Origin: a virus
Reading direction: 5' to 3' (one strand)
DNA length: 64,000 nt
IMG/VR virus record: IMGVR_UViG_3300046328_000321
Location: 49,369 to 113,368 of that record
This document shows, piece after piece, positions 1 to 9,410 of this stretch. Each line of letters opens with the position of its first letter. Position 1 is the first letter of the stretch. Both the position numbers and the translations under genes were made by a program. A model generated the notes under the pieces. That model made no database searches. It saw nothing but the letters and a program-made list of their open reading frames with translations, and was not told where the DNA came from.

Positions 1-9
1 GTAAAATCG

Positions 10-411
10 TTGCAAACAATTGTGGATTCTCAGTTTGTTAAGACACTTTGTCTTATGGAACATGAGGATGTGTTAGAACTGGTAAATGAACATAGTTTTA
101 ATAATGAATTTAAACAAGCCATTCTTGCTATGGATGCAGCAATCCATGCAGTATTATGGTCTCGTGGTACTTATGATGCTCTGACCATATCTCATTTTAA
201 TCAAATTCAATCTGATAAGAATATAAAACTAGCGATGAGGAATGTATCTGTAACAGATGCATTCATGGAACGAAACCGTGAGAAGTTAAATTCAGCTCCT
301 TCTCATGTTGCTCGCTGGCAAATTATTCTTGAATCTGAATTTAATAACGTTGTGTTGATGGATCGTACCGTTGCTATTATTTTGAAAGGTGAAAAAAATG
401 GTAAAAGGTAA
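10..411 (+). CDS. Hypothetical protein (probably 5'-truncated by window)
   Basis: Open frame from window edge, overlapping start of tmk. Confidence 0.5.
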   Translation: MQTIVDSQFVKTLCLMEHEDVLELVNEHSFNNEFKQAILAMDAAIHAVLWSRGTYDALTISHFNQIQSDKNIKLAMRNVSVTDAFMERNREKLNSAPSHVARWQIILESEFNNVVLMDRTVAIILKGEKNGKR

Positions 412-1120
412 ATTAATCGTTATAGAGGGTGTGGACGGTGTGGGTAAAAACACACAAGCTAAATTCATGACAACCTTGTTATCAGAGATAGTTCCTGTAA
501 GGTTTTTCTCATTTCCTCAATACCATACAGAAACTGGATTAGAGATTTCAAAATATCTTAACGGCAAAGCATCTGATCTTACAAGAATGCAAATTGCTGA
601 ACTCTATGCTAATGACAGGTTAGCTGTAAGAGATGAAATCAATGAATGTCTTGACAAAGGTATTTTTGTAATATGTGATCGATACGTCATGTCTAACATA
701 GCGTTTCAATCATCTTGGTATCTTAGCCGTGATGGAGCTGGTGAGGAACAAGTCAAACTAGCTCAGAAAATAATTAACGATATTGATGAGTTAGAATATC
801 AGCAAAATCAAATGCCTGTTCCTGATTTGACATTGAGTTTGATTCTACCTGTAGATGTAACTATGGTTAGGGTTACAGGTAAAGATAGACGAGAATACAC
901 AGATGCAATTCAAGATATTCACGAAGTAGATGTGAAGTTACAAACACATGCTGCTGATTTTTTCAGTAAGATGGCTAACATGGGATTTTCAGAAACAATT
1001 AAAGTGATCAATTGTTGGAATTTTGTTAAAAAAGAACAATATTCTAAACAAGAGATTCATGAGAAAATTTGGTTTCCAAATGTTGTCAACCTCATTAAGA
1101 GTGTACGCGGGGATCGGTAA
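389..1120 (+). CDS. tmk: Thymidylate kinase
   Basis: P-loop IEGVDGVGKNTQ, FSFP, and ICDRYVMSNIAFQ motifs. Confidence 0.92.
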   Translation: MKKMVKGKLIVIEGVDGVGKNTQAKFMTTLLSEIVPVRFFSFPQYHTETGLEISKYLNGKASDLTRMQIAELYANDRLAVRDEINECLDKGIFVICDRYVMSNIAFQSSWYLSRDGAGEEQVKLAQKIINDIDELEYQQNQMPVPDLTLSLILPVDVTMVRVTGKDRREYTDAIQDIHEVDVKLQTHAADFFSKMANMGFSETIKVINCWNFVKKEQYSKQEIHEKIWFPNVVNLIKSVRGDR

Positions 1121-1625
1121 CAGAGATACACCTGAGTTCTACCTGAATAGAATGCGTAAAATAGCAACCCTTCTAGAGTTGCGAGGTTATGTGTTGCGAT
1201 CAGGTGGGGCAGATGGAGCAGACTCTGCTTTCTACGAAGGTCTGTCAGACAAAGCCAACGCTGAGATATATTTGCCATGGGATGGTTATAATGGTCATTC
1301 CCATAAAGCATGTATCCCAGCGGAAGCTTACAGATTGGTGGAAAATCTGGTGCCAGACTTTCAATACAGATCACAAGCTGTACAACATCTGTTTGCCGGA
1401 AATGCGCAACAGATATTGGGTAAAGATCTGGATTCACCTTCTGAATTTGTGATCTGTTATACCAGAGATGGTTATACAGGTCCTCACGACAGGAGCTTCA
1501 GGACAGGTGGTACCAAGATAGCCATAGACTTAGCAGTCAGTATAGGTATACCTGTGTTTAATATAAAAAGGATAGATCATCATAATACAGTGGTGAACTA
1601 CTTCAACGATGATCACCTCCTTTAA
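1080..1625 (+). CDS. DprA/SLOG-family Rossmann-fold protein
   Basis: YAGIGNR, LRSGGADGAD, YLPW, GGT..A...A..IPVFN motifs; start moved to ATG 1080. Confidence 0.75.
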   Translation: MLSTSLRVYAGIGNRDTPEFYLNRMRKIATLLELRGYVLRSGGADGADSAFYEGLSDKANAEIYLPWDGYNGHSHKACIPAEAYRLVENLVPDFQYRSQAVQHLFAGNAQQILGKDLDSPSEFVICYTRDGYTGPHDRSFRTGGTKIAIDLAVSIGIPVFNIKRIDHHNTVVNYFNDDHLL

Positions 1626-1631
1626 ATCCCC

Positions 1632-1668
1632 TTTGTAAAAATACATAGTCATATATACTATACTTGAC
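1632..1668 (+). promoter_or_regulatory. Phage bipartite promoter motif (TGTAAA ... TATACTATACTTGA) upstream of the ncRNA unit
   Basis: Same motif and spacing recurs about 16 times upstream of + strand genes in this window. Confidence 0.65.
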
Positions 1669-1716
1669 AATTGGGTCAATTTTTAATTGATACGGTTATT
1701 AAATGAGTGAAAACTT

Positions 1717-1790
1717 AGTCGTAATTCTCTGATGAGTTCTGCGACTTTAAATAAAAGAACGAAACACCGTCCACAAGACGGTGTAAGAAA
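1717..1790 (+). ncRNA. Type I hammerhead ribozyme
   Basis: Core CTGATGA 1729-1735; stem II GTTCT/AGAAC; GAAA 1761-1764; stem III CACCGTC/GACGGTG; GTA cleavage triplet ending 1785; stem I TTCT/AGAA; loop II GCGACT can pair with AGTCGT 1717-1722. Confidence 0.9.
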
Positions 1791-2112
1791 TGTGTTAGCT
1801 TACGGTGATTACACACCATAAATCTTATTGGCTTATGGTCTAGCTGATGTTCTAACCAAACGTCAAACCGTGTGTCTATAGTTAGTTTCGCGAAAGAATA
1901 CCCTTGGTCGGGATCTTAGCGCCGCTTCTATAGAAAGTTGTAAACTCTGGACTTGATCGCTCTAGAGAGCAGCCTATCATCCATTCGTATCTAATATGAG
2001 TGGATTTTAGAGTGCTATAAGATCTTACCGACTATCAATCTACAGAACAATGTCAGCAGTTTATTCTGCGAAAATGACTTTGGTTCTTGATTGATAGTCG
2101 GTATTTTTTTTT
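1786..2112 (+). ncRNA. Candidate structured non-coding RNA released by hammerhead cleavage
   Basis: No ORF >=60 aa; multiple stems; ends in perfect 15-bp stem 2026-2040/2089-2103 plus T-run. Confidence 0.6.
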
Positions 2113-2130
2113 TTCTTTGGAAATATAAAT

Positions 2131-2165
2131 AGTACCATACGGAGCATCTGCTCCGTATGGTACTT
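2131..2165 (-). terminator. Intrinsic terminator for the minus-strand virion genes
   Basis: AGTACCATACGGAGCA/TGCTCCGTATGGTACT hairpin just after the stop of 2174..2758. Confidence 0.65.
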
Positions 2166-2173
2166 TATTATGT

Positions 2174-2758
2174 TTATGTATAAGTAAATGAAGTATCCTG
2201 ACCTTCATGTAACTGGACTATTAACCCAGTAGCATCTGTACCAGCACTTACAACATCGATGGATATAATATCATCATCGTTTATAACAATACCGTTAGAA
2301 GGTAATGAATTGTTAAAATTTACAACAGCTGTTAGACTTGAGGTTTCATTAGCGTCAATAGACAGTAATGTACTTCCAGCTATATTAACACCATTCAAAT
2401 TTACTTGTATGGTTACAAGTCCCATATTTGAAGGTATAAAAACACTGGCTCTTACATGTTTTAACAAGAAAGTTCGTGGAGATCTTAAATAAGCTACATT
2501 AACGCCTGCGGTTATAAACGTAGTAGTGTCTTTATACGCTAAAGCTAAAACTAGAGGATTAAAGATAGGTGAGTATTTTTTAACTGTGTCAGATCGAAGT
2601 CGTTCACTTGAAATATCAAGTAATGCTGTCGCATTAACATCTGAGATATATGCATCTGTTTTATACTCATTACCGGTTTTAACATAGTAAAGAGTGGAAG
2701 CCTGTATGGCTGAAAGTAACGGTTTAGTCAAAACCTTAGCTATACTAAGAATGTTCAT
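2174..2758 (-). CDS. Putative tail fibre-associated/virion protein
   Basis: Beta-rich composition, C-terminal DDIISIDVVSAG..ATGL segment; last gene of a three-gene minus-strand operon. Confidence 0.45.
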   Translation of the reverse strand: MNILSIAKVLTKPLLSAIQASTLYYVKTGNEYKTDAYISDVNATALLDISSERLRSDTVKKYSPIFNPLVLALAYKDTTTFITAGVNVAYLRSPRTFLLKHVRASVFIPSNMGLVTIQVNLNGVNIAGSTLLSIDANETSSLTAVVNFNNSLPSNGIVINDDDIISIDVVSAGTDATGLIVQLHEGQDTSFTYT

Positions 2759-2770
2759 ATTGTTCCTTTT

Positions 2771-5700
2771 TTATTTATTCCAAACTCTAGTACAGTTTAT
2801 CTCAACAGTTTTACCTTCATCAGTGGGATGAAAAGTTAAAGTTAGAGAATCTGTATCTAAAGATATTTCACCTGGAGATGGTAAGGCACCAGATATGATT
2901 ACAGGGACCGTGTTATTATTAAGTTTGCCAGAAATAGCTGTATCTATAACCACTTCTTTACAGTTCATATCGAAAGATTCGGTACCCTGTAATTCATTTC
3001 CTAACTTAATGGCATTATCACTACCATTTGAAACTATGGTTGTAACACCACAGAACTTATCAGATACCACATGGTCATTGGTACCATCGTATCCCAAACC
3101 AAACATAACATCAAGTCTACTATCTGCTTGCCTTATTGCTGAAACGACTATTGTATAAACAGTGTTACCATTTTTAGTAATAAATATTGTTGTACCAATG
3201 CGTTTTATACCGACATTATCCGAACTTGAAACAGAGAACGATGAAATACCGGCAACAGCTCCATTTTTATTTGAGCTATCTCTAATGCTATAATGTAAGA
3301 CGTCACTTGTACATATGTTAACAGTAGAAGATGTGCTGAATAGTAAATAAATAAGTGGTCTATCACCACGCTTATGTTTACCCACACCTACAAAAGTAAA
3401 TCTATTTAAAATATTTGACATATCTGCACATGACACAGTCAACTCAAAATCACCCGTGACTTGTTTATCACCTACAGCAAATTGACCTACATTGTTACCA
3501 GGAAAAGTAACTCTATTGGATCCATCTAAATAAACATCTTTAGATTTAAATACAGAGTGCGCACTCACGATACCAGTGGGTAAATTGGATAATGCAGGTA
3601 CTGTATTGCTTGTAAGTACAGGTACACCAGTTTCTGTTCTTGTAAAGAATGTAGGTACTTTGATACTCAGCCTTGTAGCGTTATCTTTTAAAACACCTTC
3701 AGCTAAACCAAATTTATAATAATTACCAGAAATAAAAGATGTACCAGAAACACCGTTGGTAAAAGCTATGTTAATGCCGTATGCTAAGGGTTCAGGAGTC
3801 GACGATGTTAATTTAGAACCACTGTGATCGAGTTCCCAATTAGTCCCATTCCAACCATAATTCTTAGTACATATCCATCTAGAAGCACCACCGTGTGGGG
3901 TGTTGTTTAACCCAGCTGTAATAACACCAGCTCTGAAAGAGTACTTATCAATATTCAGATGTGCTATGAACATAGTGAATAAAACACCATCACTCAGCAT
4001 AAATGACATTTGGCAATCGTAATTTGAAGAATCAGAGACAATGTTACTACGTAACGTAGCATAGCTACCAGACGAATTATCGATCGATCTTAATATCGAC
4101 ATTACAGGGTAACCATAACCATTGTTACCACGTATCACTGTGTTGATAGTACCATCTAAATTAATAAGGTTATAACCTTCATTATTTTCAACTGTAAATC
4201 TATACCAAACACCATTATTTTTTACAAAATTGTAAGTTGATATAGACTTGTCACTTGAACTTGGGTAATTTGTTTTATTTACAGGTGATGTTGTTTGTCC
4301 AAATGTCATATAACTAACATGATTGTACAACCAATGTCCTTGTAAACCGTATATTTGACCTTTATTTCTTTTACAATCCTGATAATAACTGGTTACATAG
4401 TTAGATGTTTCAACAACGGTTGTATCTACCGACCACCAGAATCCCAGTTTGGTACTAGATTCTGTCTTATAAACACAAAGCATCTGATCTGCACTAGATT
4501 CGAAGTCAACAACTAGATAGTTGATATATGTATAATCAACAGGTATGAAAGGATTAGTCGTTGTGGAATCATAAAGGGTCCAACTTGTACCATCAAACGA
4601 AGCTAACGCGTCTAAACCAACTGCCCATATTTTATTATCATAACCAATGGCAACACCATTACAAGAACTAAAATTAGCATTTCTGTAACCTGTTACTGTG
4701 ACTTGCTGCGCGGTTAAAGAGACTCTCGGATTAACAGTCCATAATCCAGTATCCCGACAAGCTATAAACACAACATCGTTTCTAACTGCTATTTGATGTA
4801 TGTTAGTAAACGAACCAGTTATTCTCCAATATCTAGATCCAGGTATCGAATAAAGAATAATCTCATTTTTTTTCGGTAATAAAACACTAGAAGCATCGTA
4901 TGGTTTAGCTGCGGATATTTGTTCAGGTCCGTAAATATCAGGACTGACAACACCCATAACACCTTTGTTATTGTGAACAACAGCATAATCTGTGTCACTT
5001 AAAAGACCCGTGATAAGTTCAGGAACCTGTTTATTTTTAGGTATGAGATTATACCCACTAACATAATCAACACCATTACTAACCTTAATAAAAGGTTGTA
5101 CGCTATATTTATAAGAAGCTGATCCTACTGGACCACCCGTTGTAATTTCTAAAGAGATTCGTTTTGCAAAGTCTTTCCTAAAATATAGATTAGGATTATT
5201 TGTAATTTCCTCATTCTCCCAGTCTCCAGTTAACTGTATGGATCCGGAACCATTTGCAAGTGCGTCTATATCTAAGAAGTAGTCAGAATTAGTGTTACTA
5301 CTTTCAAAAGCATAACCAAATATGTTTTGTATCTTAGATCTGTTTCTATATACGTCTGAAAAATGTGTAAAATTTTGAACACGTTCTTCTCTGGTACCAA
5401 TAGAGTTAAAAATACATCCTGATCTTTGATTGAAACCTAGATTCACAGAACCATCTGCGTGTTTTAAAGAATAATTTCTTTTATTTATAACAGGAAGATT
5501 AATATTTGGAATTATGGTTTCAGTGTAACACGATGTTGTATTAGGGTGTGATCTAGTTGTTACTCTTACTATGTCTTCAGAAGAGTTTATATTTAAAATT
5601 GGAAAACAACTATAAGAATCAAAATAACCTAAAGTATTAGAATAAAAATTGTTAACCAACAGATTTTTTATCATTGACTTGTAAATTACCCAAGGGATTC

Positions 5701-6178
5701 CATTTGGGACATCAGTGTAGTCAAAAATAATTCTATAATAAATATCGTAATATTGACTTGTAGTTTGAATGCAAGGAGTAGCTAATTCAGTCAGTGTTAA
5801 TAATTTTCCACTGCTACTTTCTAACATCACAGATTTGATGGTTCTAGATACAGTTGAAGGAGGAGCAAAACGTGCCGAATATTGAAGTATCGCTGGTGTT
5901 GATTGTGTTTCATCAATGAAAGACCAGGCGGGGACACCAAATACATCACCAGAACGAACTAAAGACTCAAATCCATTTGAATCATTTGTATGAACAGTAT
6001 ATGGATACAAAGTAGGTTTATAAATCGCTGTGGATAATCGGACATTTAACTGTAGATTTCCACCCTCGACAGTAAAGTTTCTAATAAATCCATCACCTAT
6101 GATGTTTTTACATTCAAATTCATTTTCTACTTCACTGGTTTGAATATTTACAGCTTTGATTGTAATGATACCTTGCAT
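2771..6178 (-). CDS. Large putative virion/tail protein with beta-propeller-like repeats
   Basis: 1135 aa, S/T/N/G-rich, with propeller-like segments (IWAVG..LASFDGTSW, GWNGTNW). Confidence 0.55.
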   Translation of the reverse strand: MQGIITIKAVNIQTSEVENEFECKNIIGDGFIRNFTVEGGNLQLNVRLSTAIYKPTLYPYTVHTNDSNGFESLVRSGDVFGVPAWSFIDETQSTPAILQYSARFAPPSTVSRTIKSVMLESSSGKLLTLTELATPCIQTTSQYYDIYYRIIFDYTDVPNGIPWVIYKSMIKNLLVNNFYSNTLGYFDSYSCFPILNINSSEDIVRVTTRSHPNTTSCYTETIIPNINLPVINKRNYSLKHADGSVNLGFNQRSGCIFNSIGTREERVQNFTHFSDVYRNRSKIQNIFGYAFESSNTNSDYFLDIDALANGSGSIQLTGDWENEEITNNPNLYFRKDFAKRISLEITTGGPVGSASYKYSVQPFIKVSNGVDYVSGYNLIPKNKQVPELITGLLSDTDYAVVHNNKGVMGVVSPDIYGPEQISAAKPYDASSVLLPKKNEIILYSIPGSRYWRITGSFTNIHQIAVRNDVVFIACRDTGLWTVNPRVSLTAQQVTVTGYRNANFSSCNGVAIGYDNKIWAVGLDALASFDGTSWTLYDSTTTNPFIPVDYTYINYLVVDFESSADQMLCVYKTESSTKLGFWWSVDTTVVETSNYVTSYYQDCKRNKGQIYGLQGHWLYNHVSYMTFGQTTSPVNKTNYPSSSDKSISTYNFVKNNGVWYRFTVENNEGYNLINLDGTINTVIRGNNGYGYPVMSILRSIDNSSGSYATLRSNIVSDSSNYDCQMSFMLSDGVLFTMFIAHLNIDKYSFRAGVITAGLNNTPHGGASRWICTKNYGWNGTNWELDHSGSKLTSSTPEPLAYGINIAFTNGVSGTSFISGNYYKFGLAEGVLKDNATRLSIKVPTFFTRTETGVPVLTSNTVPALSNLPTGIVSAHSVFKSKDVYLDGSNRVTFPGNNVGQFAVGDKQVTGDFELTVSCADMSNILNRFTFVGVGKHKRGDRPLIYLLFSTSSTVNICTSDVLHYSIRDSSNKNGAVAGISSFSVSSSDNVGIKRIGTTIFITKNGNTVYTIVVSAIRQADSRLDVMFGLGYDGTNDHVVSDKFCGVTTIVSNGSDNAIKLGNELQGTESFDMNCKEVVIDTAISGKLNNNTVPVIISGALPSPGEISLDTDSLTLTFHPTDEGKTVEINCTRVWNK

Positions 6179-6190
6179 GATTTTCCTTAT

Positions 6191-7225
6191 TTAACCCAAA
6201 GAAGAGTATTCGAAAGCTTTGACTTCTACAACAGATTGAGATCCCAGAACATAACCGATAGATGAAAATAACATATCGTTAGCAGTATTATTGGATACAA
6301 GTTGTCGTTCAATGACTTCTAAAACATTAGATATTGATTCAACATATGTTAAATTTGTTACAATACCATGTTCTGAATCTGATGTATAAGTGGATTCTAT
6401 GGTTCGCGTAACAGTTTCTAAAACCTCATTTATACCAGATGTGTATTTAATAGATGTATTTACAGTAGTATCATCAGTTATACCTAAATCAGGATCTGTT
6501 ATAAAATTCAGAGAGGAATAACTTTTAGCAGACGTTTGACTTGCTTCGTAATTAGTACGTGAATAAAATTTATAACTAACATCAGTTAACAATCCGTTTA
6601 GATATAGCAATACAGATGATGCATCATTATAGAAAGTTGTACTTATAATAACATCATTACCATTTAATAGTTGGGTTAGCAATACGTCAGAACCAACCAC
6701 CTTAGAGTTTGTGACAAGCACAGCACGTTGTATGTCATTCAATGCTGCGGAACCAGGCGGTCTAAATGATGGTATTAAATCACTGAACGCATCATCTATG
6801 TACAATCCAGATTGGTGTGGCCCGTCTCTATACCCTAAATAAGTCTTTAAAATATCAGTAGGTACTGCGCTGACTAAAATCTGTCTAGACTTAACTATAC
6901 TTGTACCACGATCTAAAGTAAATTTAAATACTTTATTGTCTCGAACAGCAGGTTGTTGAAATAACACAGTCTGTTGATTTTGCGGCTCCAACCAAATAAC
7001 AGGAGTTCCAGTTAACTGTTCCCAAAGAAATGTATGATTTGTTAGATCTCCTATCAGCGTTGCATTTAATGTAATGATATCATCGCAAGAAACAGTCATG
7101 ACTGCATCAAGCTGTATAGAAATGTTATCGAGAACGTTTCTAAATATATGACTTTGTGGATTGACAAATGGCATAAATCCCTCTTTATTTACTATCAAGT
7201 AATCACAAGATGATCGTAAAATCAA
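6191..7225 (-). CDS. Putative virion protein with PKD/Ig-like domain
   Basis: ITLNA...FLWEQLTG...FKFT pattern typical of PKD-like folds. Confidence 0.45.
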   Translation of the reverse strand: MILRSSCDYLIVNKEGFMPFVNPQSHIFRNVLDNISIQLDAVMTVSCDDIITLNATLIGDLTNHTFLWEQLTGTPVIWLEPQNQQTVLFQQPAVRDNKVFKFTLDRGTSIVKSRQILVSAVPTDILKTYLGYRDGPHQSGLYIDDAFSDLIPSFRPPGSAALNDIQRAVLVTNSKVVGSDVLLTQLLNGNDVIISTTFYNDASSVLLYLNGLLTDVSYKFYSRTNYEASQTSAKSYSSLNFITDPDLGITDDTTVNTSIKYTSGINEVLETVTRTIESTYTSDSEHGIVTNLTYVESISNVLEVIERQLVSNNTANDMLFSSIGYVLGSQSVVEVKAFEYSSLG

Positions 7226-7360
7226 GACTGCTTGACATTAATAGTTTAACAGAGAATGTCGGTACCGACTTCCTGTATTTTTTTTTTTCTGTCTTTTAGA
7301 GAATATATTAATACTACATACTTTATTTGAACTAACTTTAAAAAGGGTTCAAATGGTTAA

Positions 7361-7969
7361 ATGATTATCAGGTTCAAATCTTACAGCCTAAAATATCGAA
7401 TCTCACCAATGTGTTTCAACGTTTTTCAAAATGGTGGATACCCAAGATTTAAATATAAACATTTTAGACAATTTATTCAACACGCTGGAATGTTGAAAAA
7501 CCATAAAGAAAGTAACATGACAATAGAAATCAAATTTAAAACCCGTAGAGTTGTTAAGAAGAGGTATAAGACTTACAACCCTGTGACCTTTGCTGTTCCC
7601 AAAGAACTAAAGGATAAGATCCGTCGGGTATTTGAGTTGACGATCGCAGCGATCAAGACTAACACTGGTACTGTCACGGATTGGTACAACGTTGCCTTTC
7701 GCACCAAGCATGCTCTTGAGATAGCCAAAGTAGTCTATACAGATGAAACTGTTAAAGAATTTCAAACCATCTTTGACATGTTGGTATTGAAAGCTTCTGA
7801 ACATGAATCGAATCTCAACTGGTTTCGATTCAATGAAAACGAAGTGGCGTTGGTAGAAGACATGCATGAAGCCATGTGTGTGATGGAAGACGATGTTACC
7901 AGACGTATACAGTTAGAAACCATACACATAACTGACAGGTACATGAAACAGTTTATAAACAAATCATGA
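7361..7969 (+). CDS. Hypothetical protein (start may be 7517)
   Basis: ORF behind the promoter motif at ~7295-7331. Confidence 0.6.
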   Translation: MIIRFKSYSLKYRISPMCFNVFQNGGYPRFKYKHFRQFIQHAGMLKNHKESNMTIEIKFKTRRVVKKRYKTYNPVTFAVPKELKDKIRRVFELTIAAIKTNTGTVTDWYNVAFRTKHALEIAKVVYTDETVKEFQTIFDMLVLKASEHESNLNWFRFNENEVALVEDMHEAMCVMEDDVTRRIQLETIHITDRYMKQFINKS

Positions 7970-8361
7970 ATCAATTAAATTTATTTACCAAACAGACAGG
8001 TAAACCCAAAAACAATTTACTAAAACCAGTTCTATCTCCTTCTAATATTAAACCCACTGCTTCAGGTTTATTTTATACAAGTATTGATAAAACATATAGT
8101 TGGGCCAATCGAATAAGAACTAACTATTGTTTTACGATTAAGGATAAAATTTCATTTGGAAAAGTTAAAATAGTTGAGTTGATTTTAAACCAAGATATTT
8201 TATCTGCTGAAGAATATAGTAAGCTTTCTAAATGGGAAAAAAGAAATGTAGATCATTGGTTAAATGAAGATAAAACAAAAGCCATGATTAAAACACCTAT
8301 GACAGTCAGAGTTCTGACAGAAACAGAAGCTTGGTACTACTGGGTAACTAAAGATTTTTAA
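7966..8361 (+). CDS. Hypothetical protein
   Basis: ATGA-coupled to the upstream ORF; followed by a terminator hairpin. Confidence 0.6.
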   Translation: MNQLNLFTKQTGKPKNNLLKPVLSPSNIKPTASGLFYTSIDKTYSWANRIRTNYCFTIKDKISFGKVKIVELILNQDILSAEEYSKLSKWEKRNVDHWLNEDKTKAMIKTPMTVRVLTETEAWYYWVTKDF

Positions 8362-8415
8362 AATAAATAAACATATTTTACAAGACTGAGCCACATTTGG
8401 CTCAGTCTTGTATAT

Positions 8416-8682
8416 TTATTTTTTTACATTATCATTCTGCTGCCATTTATCATCAATTGTGGCAAACCCTATATATGTTCCCACCACACCCATAACAAAA
8501 ATATAAAAAGGACCAGCAACAGCACCTAATTGCGTATTGTTGCTATATAACAACAGCAATGGAAATCCTAAACCAGCGAGTAGTGATAACCAAGCCATTC
8601 GTCTTCTATTTCTCCATCTGTCTTGTTGCATATAACCTCTTTGAAAATAATGAGTATACTTTATACTCAAAAAATTTATCAT
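8416..8682 (-). CDS. Small two-TM membrane protein, holin-like
   Basis: Basic RWRNRRR followed by two hydrophobic helices. Confidence 0.5.
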   Translation of the reverse strand: MINFLSIKYTHYFQRGYMQQDRWRNRRRMAWLSLLAGLGFPLLLLYSNNTQLGAVAGPFYIFVMGVVGTYIGFATIDDKWQQNDNVKK

Positions 8683-8788
8683 AAATTAACTGTTTGTAAA
8701 TTATTTTGACCACATGTATTTTAATTGAAGTTTGGTATTTCACCAAGCATTATTAACACATAGGCTAATAACCAACTGTGTTTAAATC

Positions 8789-9160
8789 ATGGCAATTTTT
8801 TACAAGGGTGTTTTACGCTCATTGTTGAATGATAACTTTCGTCCTGGCACTGTGACGAAAGACTTCAAAGAAGCGTTGCGGTGGGCAGAACGTATCAAAG
8901 GATCTGTTAAGAAGGGGCCTTCGCGACACATCAGTCATGGTAAGTCATGTGTCATCGAGATCATTTTTGATGAAAGAAAACTTCATCACCATGATGAGTT
9001 TCAAAAGTCAGGAGTGTCTGAACATGATCGAAAAAATTGTTGGACTTCAATAGCACATGTCAAAGCTCAGATCAACTCCAAAGTTGAATATCGAGTACTG
9101 ACAGATGAAGAAGTCTGGGACATGTTTACTCTCAACACGAGTCAATCATGTTTATTTTGA
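8789..9160 (+). CDS. Hypothetical protein
   Basis: ORF after the promoter motif at ~8693-8729. Confidence 0.6.
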   Translation: MAIFYKGVLRSLLNDNFRPGTVTKDFKEALRWAERIKGSVKKGPSRHISHGKSCVIEIIFDERKLHHHDEFQKSGVSEHDRKNCWTSIAHVKAQINSKVEYRVLTDEEVWDMFTLNTSQSCLF

Positions 9161-9393
9161 TTTTCACCCGTCACAAAGATCCTAAATGGATTAACAAAAT
9201 TGTGGTCTGCGATATCAGAACCCTTTTCAATCTTGCAAAAAGTCTGGACAGTTCTTCTGAAATAAAATCTTGGAACATACCAGAAATTCAGCGAAAAGGT
9301 GGAGTTAAGAAAGTTTTTGGTTGGAACGATAGGTCGGATCATTGGAAAAAATTCGACCTTAGTCTCACAGATGATGTCAGCGTAGTCTCTTAA
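9148..9393 (+). CDS. Hypothetical protein
   Basis: Fills the operon between neighbours. Confidence 0.5.
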   Translation: MFILIFTRHKDPKWINKIVVCDIRTLFNLAKSLDSSSEIKSWNIPEIQRKGGVKKVFGWNDRSDHWKKFDLSLTDDVSVVS

Positions 9394-9410
9394 AACAGAA
9401 AGGATCAATC

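Noticed and set aside
2044-2087. Second ribozyme inside the terminal stem (GCAG/CTGC hairpin followed by GAAA)
   Set aside because: It lacks the CUGANGA core; treated as ordinary structure.
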